Source: an uncultured Collinsella sp.
GTDB lineage: Bacteria; Actinomycetota; Coriobacteriia; Coriobacteriales; Coriobacteriaceae
Reading direction: 5' to 3'
Assembly: GCA_937922225.1 (NCBI GenBank)
Contig: CAKZUZ010000012.1
Span: 62,079-126,078, forward strand
Length of the DNA: 64,000 bases
Positions 29,901 to 38,289 of this stretch are shown here, piece after piece. Both the position numbers and the translations under genes were made by a program. Under the pieces are notes generated by a model. The model had not been told where the DNA came from. It did no database searches and saw only the letters and a program-made list of their open reading frames with translations. Position 1 is the stretch's first letter; each line of letters opens with the position of its first letter.

Positions 29901-32047
29901 ACAAGCTGACCACCGGTCATCTCAAAGGAGGCTCTCTGGTTACGAGCCTCGCTGTACATGACCACCGCGCCGCCCTGATAGCCGGCGTTATCCTCGATAC
30001 TGCCGTTACTCATCTCAAGGTGGGCATCGCCCATCAGCATGATGCCGGTAGACGAAAGGTAATTACCATCGCCGTCTGCGGAGAAAGACACGTGATTCTT
30101 ACGGATAACGCCGCCCTTCATGACAACATGAGCGCCGTCTTTCGCGTGGACAGCGCCGCAATACGCGTCCTTAAGTTCGCACTGCTCGATAACGCCGCCC
30201 GTCATGGTAAGCGAAGCCTTGTCTCCCGACACGTCGATGACACCCGTATTGACGGTGTTCGCAGCGCCGTCGCACACAACGGCCTCGTCAGAGAGCACAA
30301 CCGCTCCCCTGCTAGAAATAATGGCGCCCTTGTTGTAGCGACCACTCAGGGACACTTTCCCCGACAGCTCGAGGGATGCCCCCTCGGCAACATTGACCAG
30401 TACGGAGAAGCCGCTTTTCTTTGCCAAGATGGTATAGGGCTCATCCGACGTGATCTTAATCATCTTCCCGGCAGGAATCGTGAGCGTGGAGCCAAGCTTC
30501 ACGTGCTTTTTCAGGGTGATGACGGTTTCCTTGTCATAGGGGGCCTCGTCGACCAGATCCTGAAGGGTCTTGGTGCTGTCATCGCTCACGGTACCGCCGA
30601 CGCCGTCATCGATGGACTCGCGCGTGTAGACGATATCGACGCCAAAGAACGGGAGGTTCTCCGAGCCTTTGATGTCGTCCATGCTGTTTTCGATTGTGAT
30701 CTTTTTAACCGTGCTGCCTTCAAACATACCCGAGGGTATTTCGGTGAGGCCGCGCCCGATCGTCACATCCTTCACGCCACCTACGCCCGAGAAGGCCGCC
30801 GTGCCAACGGAAGTCACGGAATCCGGAATGGAAAGCTGCTCCGGCAACGTGCCGTAATAGAAGGCGTAGTTGCCAATTGTCTCAAGTGTCCTGGGAAGCT
30901 GGACGGCGACGTTGCTCTGGATAAAGGCCCACTCACCGATACTCTTCAGGCTGTCGCAAAGCCCCACGATCTTAACCGGTGTGTAGCAGAACGCATTGTC
31001 CGGAATGTTCTGAAGCGAGGACAGATCCACGGACGCCTGCAGATTTTTGCACTCGTAAAAAGCCCCCCAGCCCATCTTTGTCACCTTGCTTAGATTGGGC
31101 ACGCTCACCAGGCTGGCGCACCCCTGGAAAGCAGAGGATCCGATGCTCTTCAATGTGCCTGGGAAATCGATCCCAGTCAAACTCGAGCAAGTCCGAAACG
31201 CCCCATCCCCGATGGACTCGATTTCGCTCAGCGCGGTGACGGACGTGAGAGAGGTGCATCCGTCAAACATGTGCGAGGGGATCTTGGTAACCGAAGCGGG
31301 CAACGACACGCTTGTCAGAGACGTGCAGTCTTCGAACACGCCCGTTATGGTGTCGGAGAAGGCGACATCTTTTGGAAACTCGATGCCTGTGAGGGCCGTA
31401 GCCCCCTCGAAGGCGCCCGAGCCCGAAATCATTTTGAGGGTTGAGGGGAGATCGATCTCCGAAAGGTTGCTGCAGCCATAGACCATCATGTTGGCGCTAA
31501 TCTCCTCGACGCCCTCATCGAAATAGAGCTTTTCGAGCGAGCCAGCGTTTTGCAGCGAGCAAGCGAAGTTCTTGATGGAGCCAGGGATATGGAGCTCCTT
31601 GACCTTTGCGAACCTCCGGAAATTCCCTCCGTACATTTTTTCGAGCGTGTCGGGAAGCGTCAGCTGCTCAACGTTCTTGGCCACGATACCAGACGAGAAA
31701 TAAAGTTTGGTGACTTTGTAGGTCTGGCCACCATGCTCGATGGAGCTGGGCACACTCACCGCGGTCACACTGTCGTCGGCAACAATACCTGTGATTTCCG
31801 CCATGCCCTTATCCGTGGTCTCGCACGAATAGGTCACGCCGTCCTGGGTGATCTCAAACTCCTCCGCAGTATACGCAGTCCGCGATTCCGTGGCCGCATA
31901 TGCGACACCGGCCGTCGCGCCAACGGATAAACATCCGAAGCCGAGAACCAGCGCAAGGCAGAGAGCAGCGACTCTCTGCCCCCCCCCCGCCGAAAACTTT
32001 CCTCTCCAATTCCCTTCTCCCCCTCTGGTGTCGCCTTCTCTTCCCAC
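23981..32047 (-). CDS. 2688-aa sortase-anchored adhesin: BspA-type LRR, beta-helix repeats, CnaB and FctA/Spy0128-like Ig repeats, MPDTG anchor (start uncertain)
   Basis: LxSIGxxAFxxCxSL repeats, IEDNxAxxGGGV repeats, VEKKW..FEGLPKY..YAVAE CnaB units, and MPDTGD-TM-RRRR. Confidence 0.85.
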   Translation of the reverse strand: MGREGDTRGGEGNWRGKFSAGGGQRVAALCLALVLGFGCLSVGATAGVAYAATESRTAYTAEEFEITQDGVTYSCETTDKGMAEITGIVADDSVTAVSVPSSIEHGGQTYKVTKLYFSSGIVAKNVEQLTLPDTLEKMYGGNFRRFAKVKELHIPGSIKNFACSLQNAGSLEKLYFDEGVEEISANMMVYGCSNLSEIDLPSTLKMISGSGAFEGATALTGIEFPKDVAFSDTITGVFEDCTSLTSVSLPASVTKIPSHMFDGCTSLTSVTALSEIESIGDGAFRTCSSLTGIDFPGTLKSIGSSAFQGCASLVSVPNLSKVTKMGWGAFYECKNLQASVDLSSLQNIPDNAFCYTPVKIVGLCDSLKSIGEWAFIQSNVAVQLPRTLETIGNYAFYYGTLPEQLSIPDSVTSVGTAAFSGVGGVKDVTIGRGLTEIPSGMFEGSTVKKITIENSMDDIKGSENLPFFGVDIVYTRESIDDGVGGTVSDDSTKTLQDLVDEAPYDKETVITLKKHVKLGSTLTIPAGKMIKITSDEPYTILAKKSGFSVLVNVAEGASLELSGKVSLSGRYNKGAIISSRGAVVLSDEAVVCDGAANTVNTGVIDVSGDKASLTMTGGVIEQCELKDAYCGAVHAKDGAHVVMKGGVIRKNHVSFSADGDGNYLSSTGIMLMGDAHLEMSNGSIEDNAGYQGGAVVMYSEARNQRASFEMTGGQLVRNRGYKLGNRTPSGAVHVEGNAEFTLKGGKIEDNIAYSDGKGGGVCVVDRGLQQGGRDHTAFTMKGGSVSGNSASAGGGIYTYSDDVKLSAGEIKDNTARNMGGGVYSEGNEYLVYSTLHIENALVVDNHAKKQGGGMWFCPTGDAKVYVQNGGLIARNSADEAGDDLVFTGFKDAKYKLTLANRAPGGGKVSWYRDGGLFNPEGTYAETNTEIPRFSPDGGNGEPLSFTDATPNVALKSVMSEDVYNLGRGQTSLTISGNTAERGGGIGANGGVIIGKSENIDIPIKKVWENPRIPHPNKVKVNLKNGDTVIDSITLSESNDWKGVFSNLPAGAHYTVSEDPVEGYDSAVTGDAERGFTVTNTSTAKVSVPVEKKWVGPAAEKATVRLLADGKDTGESAELSKSNSWKHSFEGLPKYSKSGSVIDYAVAEVPVEGYSSKVTGDAERGFTVTNTSTAKVSVPVEKKWVGPAAEKATVRLLADGKDTGESAELSKSNSWKHSFEGLPKYSKSGSVIDYAVAEVPVEGYSSKVTGDAEHGFTVTNTVKTGELDVSKAVAAREGLAVDADKTFEFAVEATDAAGHGVSGAYGDATFEDGKATLKLKDGQTARITGLPAGTAYTVTERAADGYKAAVNGAEGSRADGSISADQVSSAAFTNTFDPAPATASVPELTKVLAGGRKPGLQEGEFAFELSLADGAGNVLEGYPIEAKNDKDGKVSFGELSFTNPGAYHATVTEKASGDVLIEGDAHAYTFDITVTQTGAGLKAEISNERGKKTFTNTFTPHDNTKTVTKADASGAKVNVDGRLVGVGDTLTYTIGWANNSVDDRGAAQAADVTVTDVLPKGVDYVEGSADGAAYDAATRTLTWSLGEQAAGATGTLSFDVKVSAEAAVVDDISNTATVKVGENESQTNTTHNSVSREGSITVKKTVVGGDSQREFGFTVALADRDGEPVSGTFGKGEDAVTFTDGKATFTLKDGGEKTIAGLPVGARYAVTEDAAEGYTTAVNGADGSKAEGAVTEDGATVAFTNTYGTATEGRDVSTAGLFTKTLKGRDWAEGDSFQFTLTGEDGAPMPEGAADGSKTVSMTAAAGTKAGDRVAFDFGPIRYTLDDIKDAGFAEVGGKRVRARTFTYTVREVRPDDGSTIAGVTYDGRVATMTVTVTDDGSGNLTASTPAIAQASGGDFVNTYTTELDYSARAGVRLSKALSGRAMEAGQFAFTVTADSETAAKLGLKTGKDAYTVSAADDGAADLVDLIGGTAGGDVKSTDADADKTYSFTVTETKLGGEGYANDTAPRTVTIAPAYDAATGKLTVTTTVARDGVELARSEVSTADDAMAAPAPVTVAFQNSYEATGTLGGEGGAVINATKTLAGRAAAAGEFSFSVRDARGNVVATATNQASGDGVAAGLAFSPIAYTTDSLKQMVADGTATRAGDGSWTIPYTVSEDGTDRLPAGVTAAASSFGITVKVTDNGKGGLDVTVVYPEGSDGTLSFVNGYSAVEATVDIAGTKTLALGQAGLGLTQADIAGRYTFKIEPLDGAPAPVDASGKTVTEATNDAAGNVELGHVTFRQPSDLDDVEIDRDGLRAKTFAYRVSESGSVDGVANDATATRTFTVRVVEDTAAGTLAAEVLPAEGTPEGKGAFEFTNTYVVSPTPSSVTDQIKVGKKLKGRDLAEGEFEFQLVEIAADGSESVAATGKNVADGTVELSPVTYTAPGTHSYELREVAGTAGGVTYDKTTYCVRTTVTDAGNGTLAVKHELADAEGNAVGDTSVTFTNGYEAAPVTLKLGAAKVLKGAELKAGQFSFELKSRDGKVMSTAKNAADGSVTFDALTFKQAGTYTFTVSEVDDGQAHVTYDKAVHKIVVTVSDEAADGTKTGYLSAKVSYEGDANVPPVFTNSYVEEPGTPENPENPGTPGGGSGGGSDNGSGGGSGGDGSKGGMPDTGDRSLPVEALGAMAGIGALAVAGGAVLYRRRR
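28268..28850 (-). repeat. Near-exact 270-bp tandem duplication of a CnaB module
   Basis: Sequence repeats at an offset of 270 bp (e.g. 28371 versus 28641), giving identical 90-aa units. Confidence 0.9.
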
Positions 32048-32240
32048 GAGCGATCTATTGATTAAGGACAGTTAAAGACAACATTATGACCAAAGAGGCC
32101 CATCATGGAGATAATCCACGTCTTCGCCCGAAATGGTAATTAATTGGCATGATTAATTGGCGAACAACTGAACGAAGAGCAATCTACTAATGGCACATAA
32201 ATGGCGGCGTCAACACCTGAAGTGCAAAAAGACTACTTTT

Positions 32241-34022
32241 CTAGATGCGGCCGAGGTCGTAGGCTCGCGCAACAGACTCGCCGGCACAGATGAGGTTGGT
32301 TGTGGCTTCTTGCGAATCGAGTGCCCGCTCCAGGTCCATGGGCTTGCGGCAGATCGGCAAAACCAAGTCAATACCCTGCCCATATACCGCATCCAGGTTG
32401 ACAGCGCGACCGCCCACGACGGCGACCAACGGCTTGCCATATCGCTTGGCGCGGCGAGCCACACCCACCGGCGCTTTGCCGGCGGCGGATTGCTCGTCCA
32501 TATTGCCCTCGCCCGTTATGACCAGGTCGACATCGCGCACGCGCTCGTCAAACCCAATCAGATCGAGCACCGTCTCCACGCCCGAACGCAGCTCCGCGCC
32601 GAGCGCCAGCAGCGCGGCACCCAGGCCGCCGGCGGCACCGGCACCGGGCACGCCGAGCACCGAGCCAAATGTCCGTGCGCCCTCAGGTGTGCGCAACAAC
32701 CCCTGGGCTCGAGCTCCGGCAATCGCCGTATCGAGCAGGCGGCCGTAGCCGACCATCCAACTGTCGTACCTGTGAAGTGCCTCGGCATCATCAGCCGGCA
32801 GACCCTTCTGTCCGCCGAACACCGCAAGCGCGCCGCGACGCCCCACGAGTGGGTTCTCGACATCCGAAAGCACAACGATACGAGCGCCATTCAGTGCCCG
32901 TAGCGCCGGTGCCAAATCGATACTCGCCACGTGTTCAAGGCCCGCGAGCCCCGGCGCGATATCGCAGCCACGGTCATCGACAAGACGCGCGCCCAGCGCC
33001 TGCAGCATGCCGGCGCCACCGTCGTTGGTGGCACTGCCGCCCAGACCAATATAGATAGTCTTTGCCCCAGCACGGACTGCGCGAAGCATGAGCTCGCCCA
33101 CGCCATAGGTTGTAGCAACCAGCGCCGCCGATTCCGTGCAGGGTGAATACCCAATACCCGCCGCCTCGGCCATCTCAATTACAGCCGGCTCGTGCTCGCC
33201 GTCCACCAGCATCCGGGCAGACACGCGCTTGCCCAAGGGACCTGCCACCTCACAGGTCACAAGCTCGCCACCGCATGCGGCAACGGCATCGAGCGTTCCC
33301 TCGCCACCATCTGCCAGCGGCAACGCGGCCACCTGGGCATCGGGCCAAACGCGGCGCACGCCTTCGGCAACCGCCGCCTCCGCCTGCGCACTCGACACGC
33401 TGCCCTTAAAGGAGTCGATCGCCAGCAGCACACGGCGGGGCCGGCGGCACGCAGGACCAAAGTCAACCGCCGCGCCAGCATCCTCACCGGCACCCGCAAA
33501 CGCTGCGGCGTGAGCGGCGTGTGCGTCAAGATTGGCCCCACAACCGCAATCAGCGCCGCCCGCCCCGCGCAGACCGCCAAAATAGCTACTCAGCAGCTCG
33601 CGGCATTCATCCGCCAAGACCCCAGCCGTCACATTAAACCGATGATTCAGGCGCGAATCGGCATTGAGGTCGTATAGCGACCCCAGAGCGCCCGCCTTAG
33701 CATCGGCCGCGCCGTACACGCAGCGCCCCACGCGCGCATTAACCATAAGCCCCGCGCACATGCAGCAGGGCTCGAGCGTCACGTAGACCGTACAATCGGA
33801 AAGGCGCCAACGACCGAGCGACTGAGCGGCGGCGCATAGGGCCGCAAACTCGGCATGCGCCGAAGGGTCCTGGTCGAGCTCGCGGCGATTATGCGCCCGC
33901 GCGACAATCTCACCCGCGCGCACCACTACGGCACCGATCGGCACCTCGCCCACCGCCGCGGCGGCACGCGCCTCCGCCAGCGCCTCACACATGAACTTCT
34001 CATCGATTCCGGTGCTCGTCAT
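32241..34022 (-). CDS. tadA: Fusion: tRNA adenosine deaminase TadA + glycerate kinase
   Basis: N-terminal GEVPIGA, HAE and TLEPCCMC. C-terminal AIDSFKGS, PLADGGEGT, GLGGSATNDGG and GAGAAGG. One uninterrupted ORF from ATG 34022. Confidence 0.85.
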   Translation of the reverse strand: MTSTGIDEKFMCEALAEARAAAAVGEVPIGAVVVRAGEIVARAHNRRELDQDPSAHAEFAALCAAAQSLGRWRLSDCTVYVTLEPCCMCAGLMVNARVGRCVYGAADAKAGALGSLYDLNADSRLNHRFNVTAGVLADECRELLSSYFGGLRGAGGADCGCGANLDAHAAHAAAFAGAGEDAGAAVDFGPACRRPRRVLLAIDSFKGSVSSAQAEAAVAEGVRRVWPDAQVAALPLADGGEGTLDAVAACGGELVTCEVAGPLGKRVSARMLVDGEHEPAVIEMAEAAGIGYSPCTESAALVATTYGVGELMLRAVRAGAKTIYIGLGGSATNDGGAGMLQALGARLVDDRGCDIAPGLAGLEHVASIDLAPALRALNGARIVVLSDVENPLVGRRGALAVFGGQKGLPADDAEALHRYDSWMVGYGRLLDTAIAGARAQGLLRTPEGARTFGSVLGVPGAGAAGGLGAALLALGAELRSGVETVLDLIGFDERVRDVDLVITGEGNMDEQSAAGKAPVGVARRAKRYGKPLVAVVGGRAVNLDAVYGQGIDLVLPICRKPMDLERALDSQEATTNLICAGESVARAYDLGRI

Positions 34023-34073
34023 CGTTCGCCTCCCCTGTTGCAAATCCAAAACGATGCTATCATTACGACTCAC

Positions 34074-34163
34074 GGAGAGATGGCAGAGCGGTTGAATGCG
34101 GCGGTCTTGAAAACCGTTGAGCGCGAGAGCGTTCCGGGGGTTCGAATCCCCCTCTCTCCGCCA
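34074..34163 (+). tRNA. tRNA-Ser (anticodon UGA)
   Basis: GGAGAGA acceptor stem, anticodon loop CTTGAAA, long variable arm, GTTCGAATC T-loop, encoded CCA. Confidence 0.97.
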
Positions 34164-34166
34164 CTT

Positions 34167-34763
34167 TTAGTGATGCACCGGCGTCATGGTCCGCTCAAAC
34201 AGCGCATCGACCACGTCGGCCATCTCGGGTCGACGCTCAAGATCGTGGCCCGATTCCCACCATATCGTGAAAAGTCGAATAATACCGCCGGCGACAAACT
34301 CAGACGTCGTCTCGAGTGACACGGGGGCCAGGGCATCCTCGGCAAGCACGTTCATCACACGCTCGCGGATGGAGCGGGCAATGCGGTCGCAAATAACGTT
34401 GGTCAGCATTCCCGACATGCTGCTCGCCAAAATGTTGTCCATGAGCTGCTCATGGGCCAGAATCAGGCCCATGGCATCGTCCAAAATCGCGTGCCGGAGC
34501 GCGCGCACGTCCTCGGCAGACACTGTGCCGGCCTCATCGGGCTGTTTTTGCGGCAAGCCGGACATGAGCTCATCGATATAAAAGGCAAAGTAATCGTTCT
34601 TGTCGCGAAAGTGCTTGTAGAACGTCGTGCGGCGAATCATGGCGCGGTCGCACAGCATGGCAACCGTCAGGTCCTCAAAACGATGCTCCTCGAGAAGCTC
34701 GGTGAAAGCATCGAACAGGGCACGGTAGGTTTTCTTAATGCGAAGGTCCACTGGTATCGCCAT
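34167..34763 (-). CDS. TetR/AcrR family regulator
   Basis: DLRIKKT..TVAMLCDRAMIRRTTFYKHFRDK HTH. Confidence 0.9.
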   Translation of the reverse strand: MAIPVDLRIKKTYRALFDAFTELLEEHRFEDLTVAMLCDRAMIRRTTFYKHFRDKNDYFAFYIDELMSGLPQKQPDEAGTVSAEDVRALRHAILDDAMGLILAHEQLMDNILASSMSGMLTNVICDRIARSIRERVMNVLAEDALAPVSLETTSEFVAGGIIRLFTIWWESGHDLERRPEMADVVDALFERTMTPVHH

Positions 34764-34962
34764 CCTCAGGGCAAAGACAACACTCGTCAATCTGTCGCAT
34801 ATCTTACACCTGTACCTCGCGCGTTTTACCCCGGTGCCGACCCCGCCGAAAACATAACGCTTACCGGAAAGTTCGGCACGGCAAAACGTTGCGGGTATAC
34901 TAGTAGCGTTATACCAACGGCAGCTGGCGCATGCCGCCGCGGCCATTCGAAACGGAGACATC

Positions 34963-35514
34963 ATGATTACCGTCATCATCGGCATCGTTGTTGTCATTGT
35001 GATTGTCTGCGCCATCGCCGGCATCTACAACAACATGGTCACCAAGCGTAACCGCATCGATAACGCCTGGCAGAACATCGATACGCAGCTGCAGCGCCGC
35101 AACGACCTGATCCCCAACCTGGTCGAGACCGTTAAGGGCTACGCCAAGCACGAGCAAGAGACGCTCTCCGCCGTGATCAGCGCGCGTAACACCGCCGTCA
35201 AGGCCACCACGCCCGAGGCCAAGATGGAGGCCGACAACGTGCTGACCGGTGCGCTACGCCAGCTCTTCGCCGTGGCCGAGGCCTACCCCGATCTGAAGGC
35301 AAACACCAACTTTACGCAGCTGCAGGCATCACTCGAGGATACCGAGAACAAGATTAGCTATGCACGCCAGAGCTACAACGACTGCGTGCTCAGCTACAAC
35401 AACGCCATCCAGACGTTCCCGGCTGTCATCTTTGCCGGCATCTTCCAGTTTAAGGAGCGCCAGGGCTTCGAGGCCGCCGAAGCAGCCCGCCAGGCCCCGA
35501 CCGTCAAGTTCTAG
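34963..35514 (+). CDS. lemA: LemA family protein
   Basis: IDTQLQRRNDLIPNLVETVKGYAKHE and AEAYPDLKAN. Confidence 0.95.
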   Translation: MITVIIGIVVVIVIVCAIAGIYNNMVTKRNRIDNAWQNIDTQLQRRNDLIPNLVETVKGYAKHEQETLSAVISARNTAVKATTPEAKMEADNVLTGALRQLFAVAEAYPDLKANTNFTQLQASLEDTENKISYARQSYNDCVLSYNNAIQTFPAVIFAGIFQFKERQGFEAAEAARQAPTVKF

Positions 35515-35550
35515 TAGTTTGACAGCGCATCTTTAATCGGCCAAATGCAT

Positions 35551-35596
35551 AAACCGCCCCGTCGAATGCATACTTCGACGGGGCGGTTTCCTTTTT
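35551..35596 (+). terminator. Intrinsic terminator after lemA
   Basis: aaaccgccccgtcgaa..ttcgacggggcggttt followed by a T-tract. Confidence 0.75.
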
Positions 35597-35934
35597 CGCG
35601 AAGGTCCCCCTCTAAGCGCCGTGCATTTTTAGGAGTATTCAACATAACCAAGGGCTTCGGGCGCCGCGATAAATGCCAAAGAGCGCAAATATCCCTGCAA
35701 ATCAAACGCTGTCAGCCCATAACCCCGCCCATCATTCGTAGAAAACATCGAGAAATCCCGATTTTTTGCCCGAGGTCGGTATGCAGGGGCCTTCGATTGC
35801 AGAATACTCGCAAAAATGCACGTCGCCACCACCCCCACATGGCGCGAACCAAAACAAATGCGCGGCCTAAAAGGCCATGCGCCATCTTTAATTCAGATCT
35901 ATATTGCCCGTAACGGCAGCGCCGAGGTAACGCA

Positions 35935-36059
35935 GGCCCGAGGGCAACCTTCCTTTCCGGCGCACTCCGCAGGACGAAAGAACCTCCGCCGCACGAAGTG
36001 CGCAGCGGAGGTTCTTTCATGTCCGAGGACGCGCCGGAAAGGAAGGTTGCCCTCGGGCC
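35935..36059. repeat. Long nested hairpin element (family B)
   Basis: Perfect 29-bp outer arms, perfect 14-bp inner stem, cgcac-GAA-gtgcg tip. Confidence 0.8.
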
Positions 36060-36075
36060 GAACAGCTATGGCAGC

Positions 36076-37128
36076 TTACGCGACGGTATAGACCCAGTTG
36101 TGCTTATCTTCAACAGCACCAGACTGGATACCAGTCAGGGTCTCGCGGAGCTTCTTCATCACAGGGCCGATCTCGGTGTAGCCAGCCGGGAAGGTCACGG
36201 TCTCATCGGCACCATAAACCTTATTGTCGATCTCGCCCACCGGGGAGATGACGGCGGCGGTGCCGCACAGGCCGCACTCCACAAAGGTGCCGGCCTTGAC
36301 CTCGGCCCACTCGACGGGGCGCTGGTCGACGGTTATGCCCAGGTCCTGAGCAACCTGAACGAGCGAGCGACGGGTGATGGAGGGCAGGATGGAGTCAGTG
36401 TGCGACTGCGGAACGACAAGCGTGCCATCCTCCTTCACGAACAGGACGTTGGCGCCACCGGTCTCCTCGACATAGGTGCGGGACTCGGAGTCGAGATACA
36501 GGTTCTCGGCATAGCCCTCGCGATGGGCCTCCATCGTGGGCTTGAGGGACATGGCGTAGTTGAGGCCGGCCTTGATGTTGCCGGTGCCGTGCGGTGCCGC
36601 ACGGTCATACTCAGAAACGCGCAGCTTGACGGGCTTGAGGCCACCCTTAAAGTACGGACCGACCGGGGTCACGAGAATGCGGAACGTGTACTCAGGAGCG
36701 GGAGCCACGCCGATCACGTCACCGGAGCCGATCATAAACGGACGCACGTACAGGGTCGCGCCGGAGCCGAAGGGCGGAACCCAGGCGGCGTTGGCAGAAA
36801 CGACCTGCTTGACGGCCTCAACAAACTTGTCCTTGGGGAACGGGGGCATCTCGAGGCGCTGGGCAGAGTTGTACATACGCTCGGCGTTCATGTCGGGACG
36901 GAAGCAGACGATGCTGCCGTCCTCGGCGGTGTAGGCCTTCAGGCCCTCAAAGACCTCCTGGCAGTAATGGAAGATGCCACCGCACTCGGAGACGTGCAGG
37001 GTGTGGTCGGTGGTCAGGCCACCCTCGTCCCACTCGCCATCCTTCCAATGAGCCTCGTAGCTGTAATCGGTCTTCATGTAGCCAAAGCCGAGGCTACCCC
37101 AATCGATATCCTTCTTCTCGACAGTCAT
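36076..37128 (-). CDS. ilvE: Branched-chain amino acid aminotransferase
   Basis: HYCQEVFEGLKAY, LYVRPF, KAGLNYA, ILPSITR, CGTAAVISP. Confidence 0.95.
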   Translation of the reverse strand: MTVEKKDIDWGSLGFGYMKTDYSYEAHWKDGEWDEGGLTTDHTLHVSECGGIFHYCQEVFEGLKAYTAEDGSIVCFRPDMNAERMYNSAQRLEMPPFPKDKFVEAVKQVVSANAAWVPPFGSGATLYVRPFMIGSGDVIGVAPAPEYTFRILVTPVGPYFKGGLKPVKLRVSEYDRAAPHGTGNIKAGLNYAMSLKPTMEAHREGYAENLYLDSESRTYVEETGGANVLFVKEDGTLVVPQSHTDSILPSITRRSLVQVAQDLGITVDQRPVEWAEVKAGTFVECGLCGTAAVISPVGEIDNKVYGADETVTFPAGYTEIGPVMKKLRETLTGIQSGAVEDKHNWVYTVA

Positions 37129-37426
37129 ATGTCGCTCCTTACATACACAGTTGCATACTCGCGAACCCGCACGCAAGGACCGGGGCCGACCGCGTCGCAA
37201 CGTCGCACGCCCGGAGCGTAGAGCCGGACGGGACACGCGAACAGCATCAAAGCCGATGGCACGTCGATTCGCATGCACGAGATTGTACTCCCCGCACGCG
37301 TCGGATAAAACGTTTTTCTTTAACTAACTAAAGTATTCTCATTTGAACGGCACTAAAGAGGCCCGCCACCGCAAGCGATGACGGGCCTCAACTACACGGT
37401 TTGCGCGCCGATTCAGGCTAAGCGCT

Positions 37427-38065
37427 CTATTTGCCCAGCTTGGCCTTGACGATGCCGACCACGGTCGGAATGATCGACACGGCGACGATGCCGATAATCA
37501 GCAGCTCAAAGTGCTCCTGCACAAAGGGAATACCGCCAAAGAAGTAGCCCAGCAGCGTGAAGACCGTCGACCAGGTAATGCCGCCCAGCACGTTAAAGAT
37601 GACAAAGTTGCGCCAGTGCATGCCGCCCATGCCGGCGATAAAGGGCACAAAGGTGCGGATAAATGGGAAGAAGCGACCCAAGAAGATGGCCAGGTGGCCC
37701 CATTTGTCCAGGAATTCCTCAGACTTTTTAATGCGCTCGGGCGTCATGGCCTTGACCTTGCCCGAAGCGATGATCTTTTTGCCAAAGAAGTGGCCGATCA
37801 TAAAGTTGCACTGATCACCCAAAATGGCAGCCGCCCATGCGACGGCCAGAAGCGCCACGATGTTAAAGCCACCGTTGTGGGCAAAGAAACCCGAAGCAAA
37901 CAGCAGCGAATCGCCAGGAAGGAACGGGAAGAACACCACGCCCGTCTCGATAAAGATGATCAGGAACACGCAGCCGTAGGCCATAAGCGGGCCGGCGGCG
38001 ATCCAGCTGGCAATCGCGGTGCGCGGGTCTTTGAGCAGCTCGGCGATAAAATTGATGAAACCCAT
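37427..38065 (-). CDS. DedA family membrane protein
   Basis: FIETG..FLPGDSLLF and GRFFPFIRTFVPFIAG. Confidence 0.92.
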   Translation of the reverse strand: MGFINFIAELLKDPRTAIASWIAAGPLMAYGCVFLIIFIETGVVFFPFLPGDSLLFASGFFAHNGGFNIVALLAVAWAAAILGDQCNFMIGHFFGKKIIASGKVKAMTPERIKKSEEFLDKWGHLAIFLGRFFPFIRTFVPFIAGMGGMHWRNFVIFNVLGGITWSTVFTLLGYFFGGIPFVQEHFELLIIGIVAVSIIPTVVGIVKAKLGK

Positions 38066-38289
38066 GAAGTAAAACCTCTCAGTTGTGGGCGCGGATACGT
38101 CCAAGTTGACCAGTATACGGTTGCGGCGCCCCCTCGTGCGCAACCCCACAAAAGCATGACCCCATTACCAGCAAGTTTGCATAACTGACACCTGTCACGC
38201 AAAGCCGTGAAAGATTGCTCTTCCTAATCCCTAGCGAATCGCTATACTTTATTGAATCGCATTGCCATGGCGCTGAGGGAGGGCGGCCG

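Noticed and set aside
34074..34200. Integrative element at tRNA-Ser
   Set aside because: No integrase nearby and no duplicated tRNA 3' end seen in the window.
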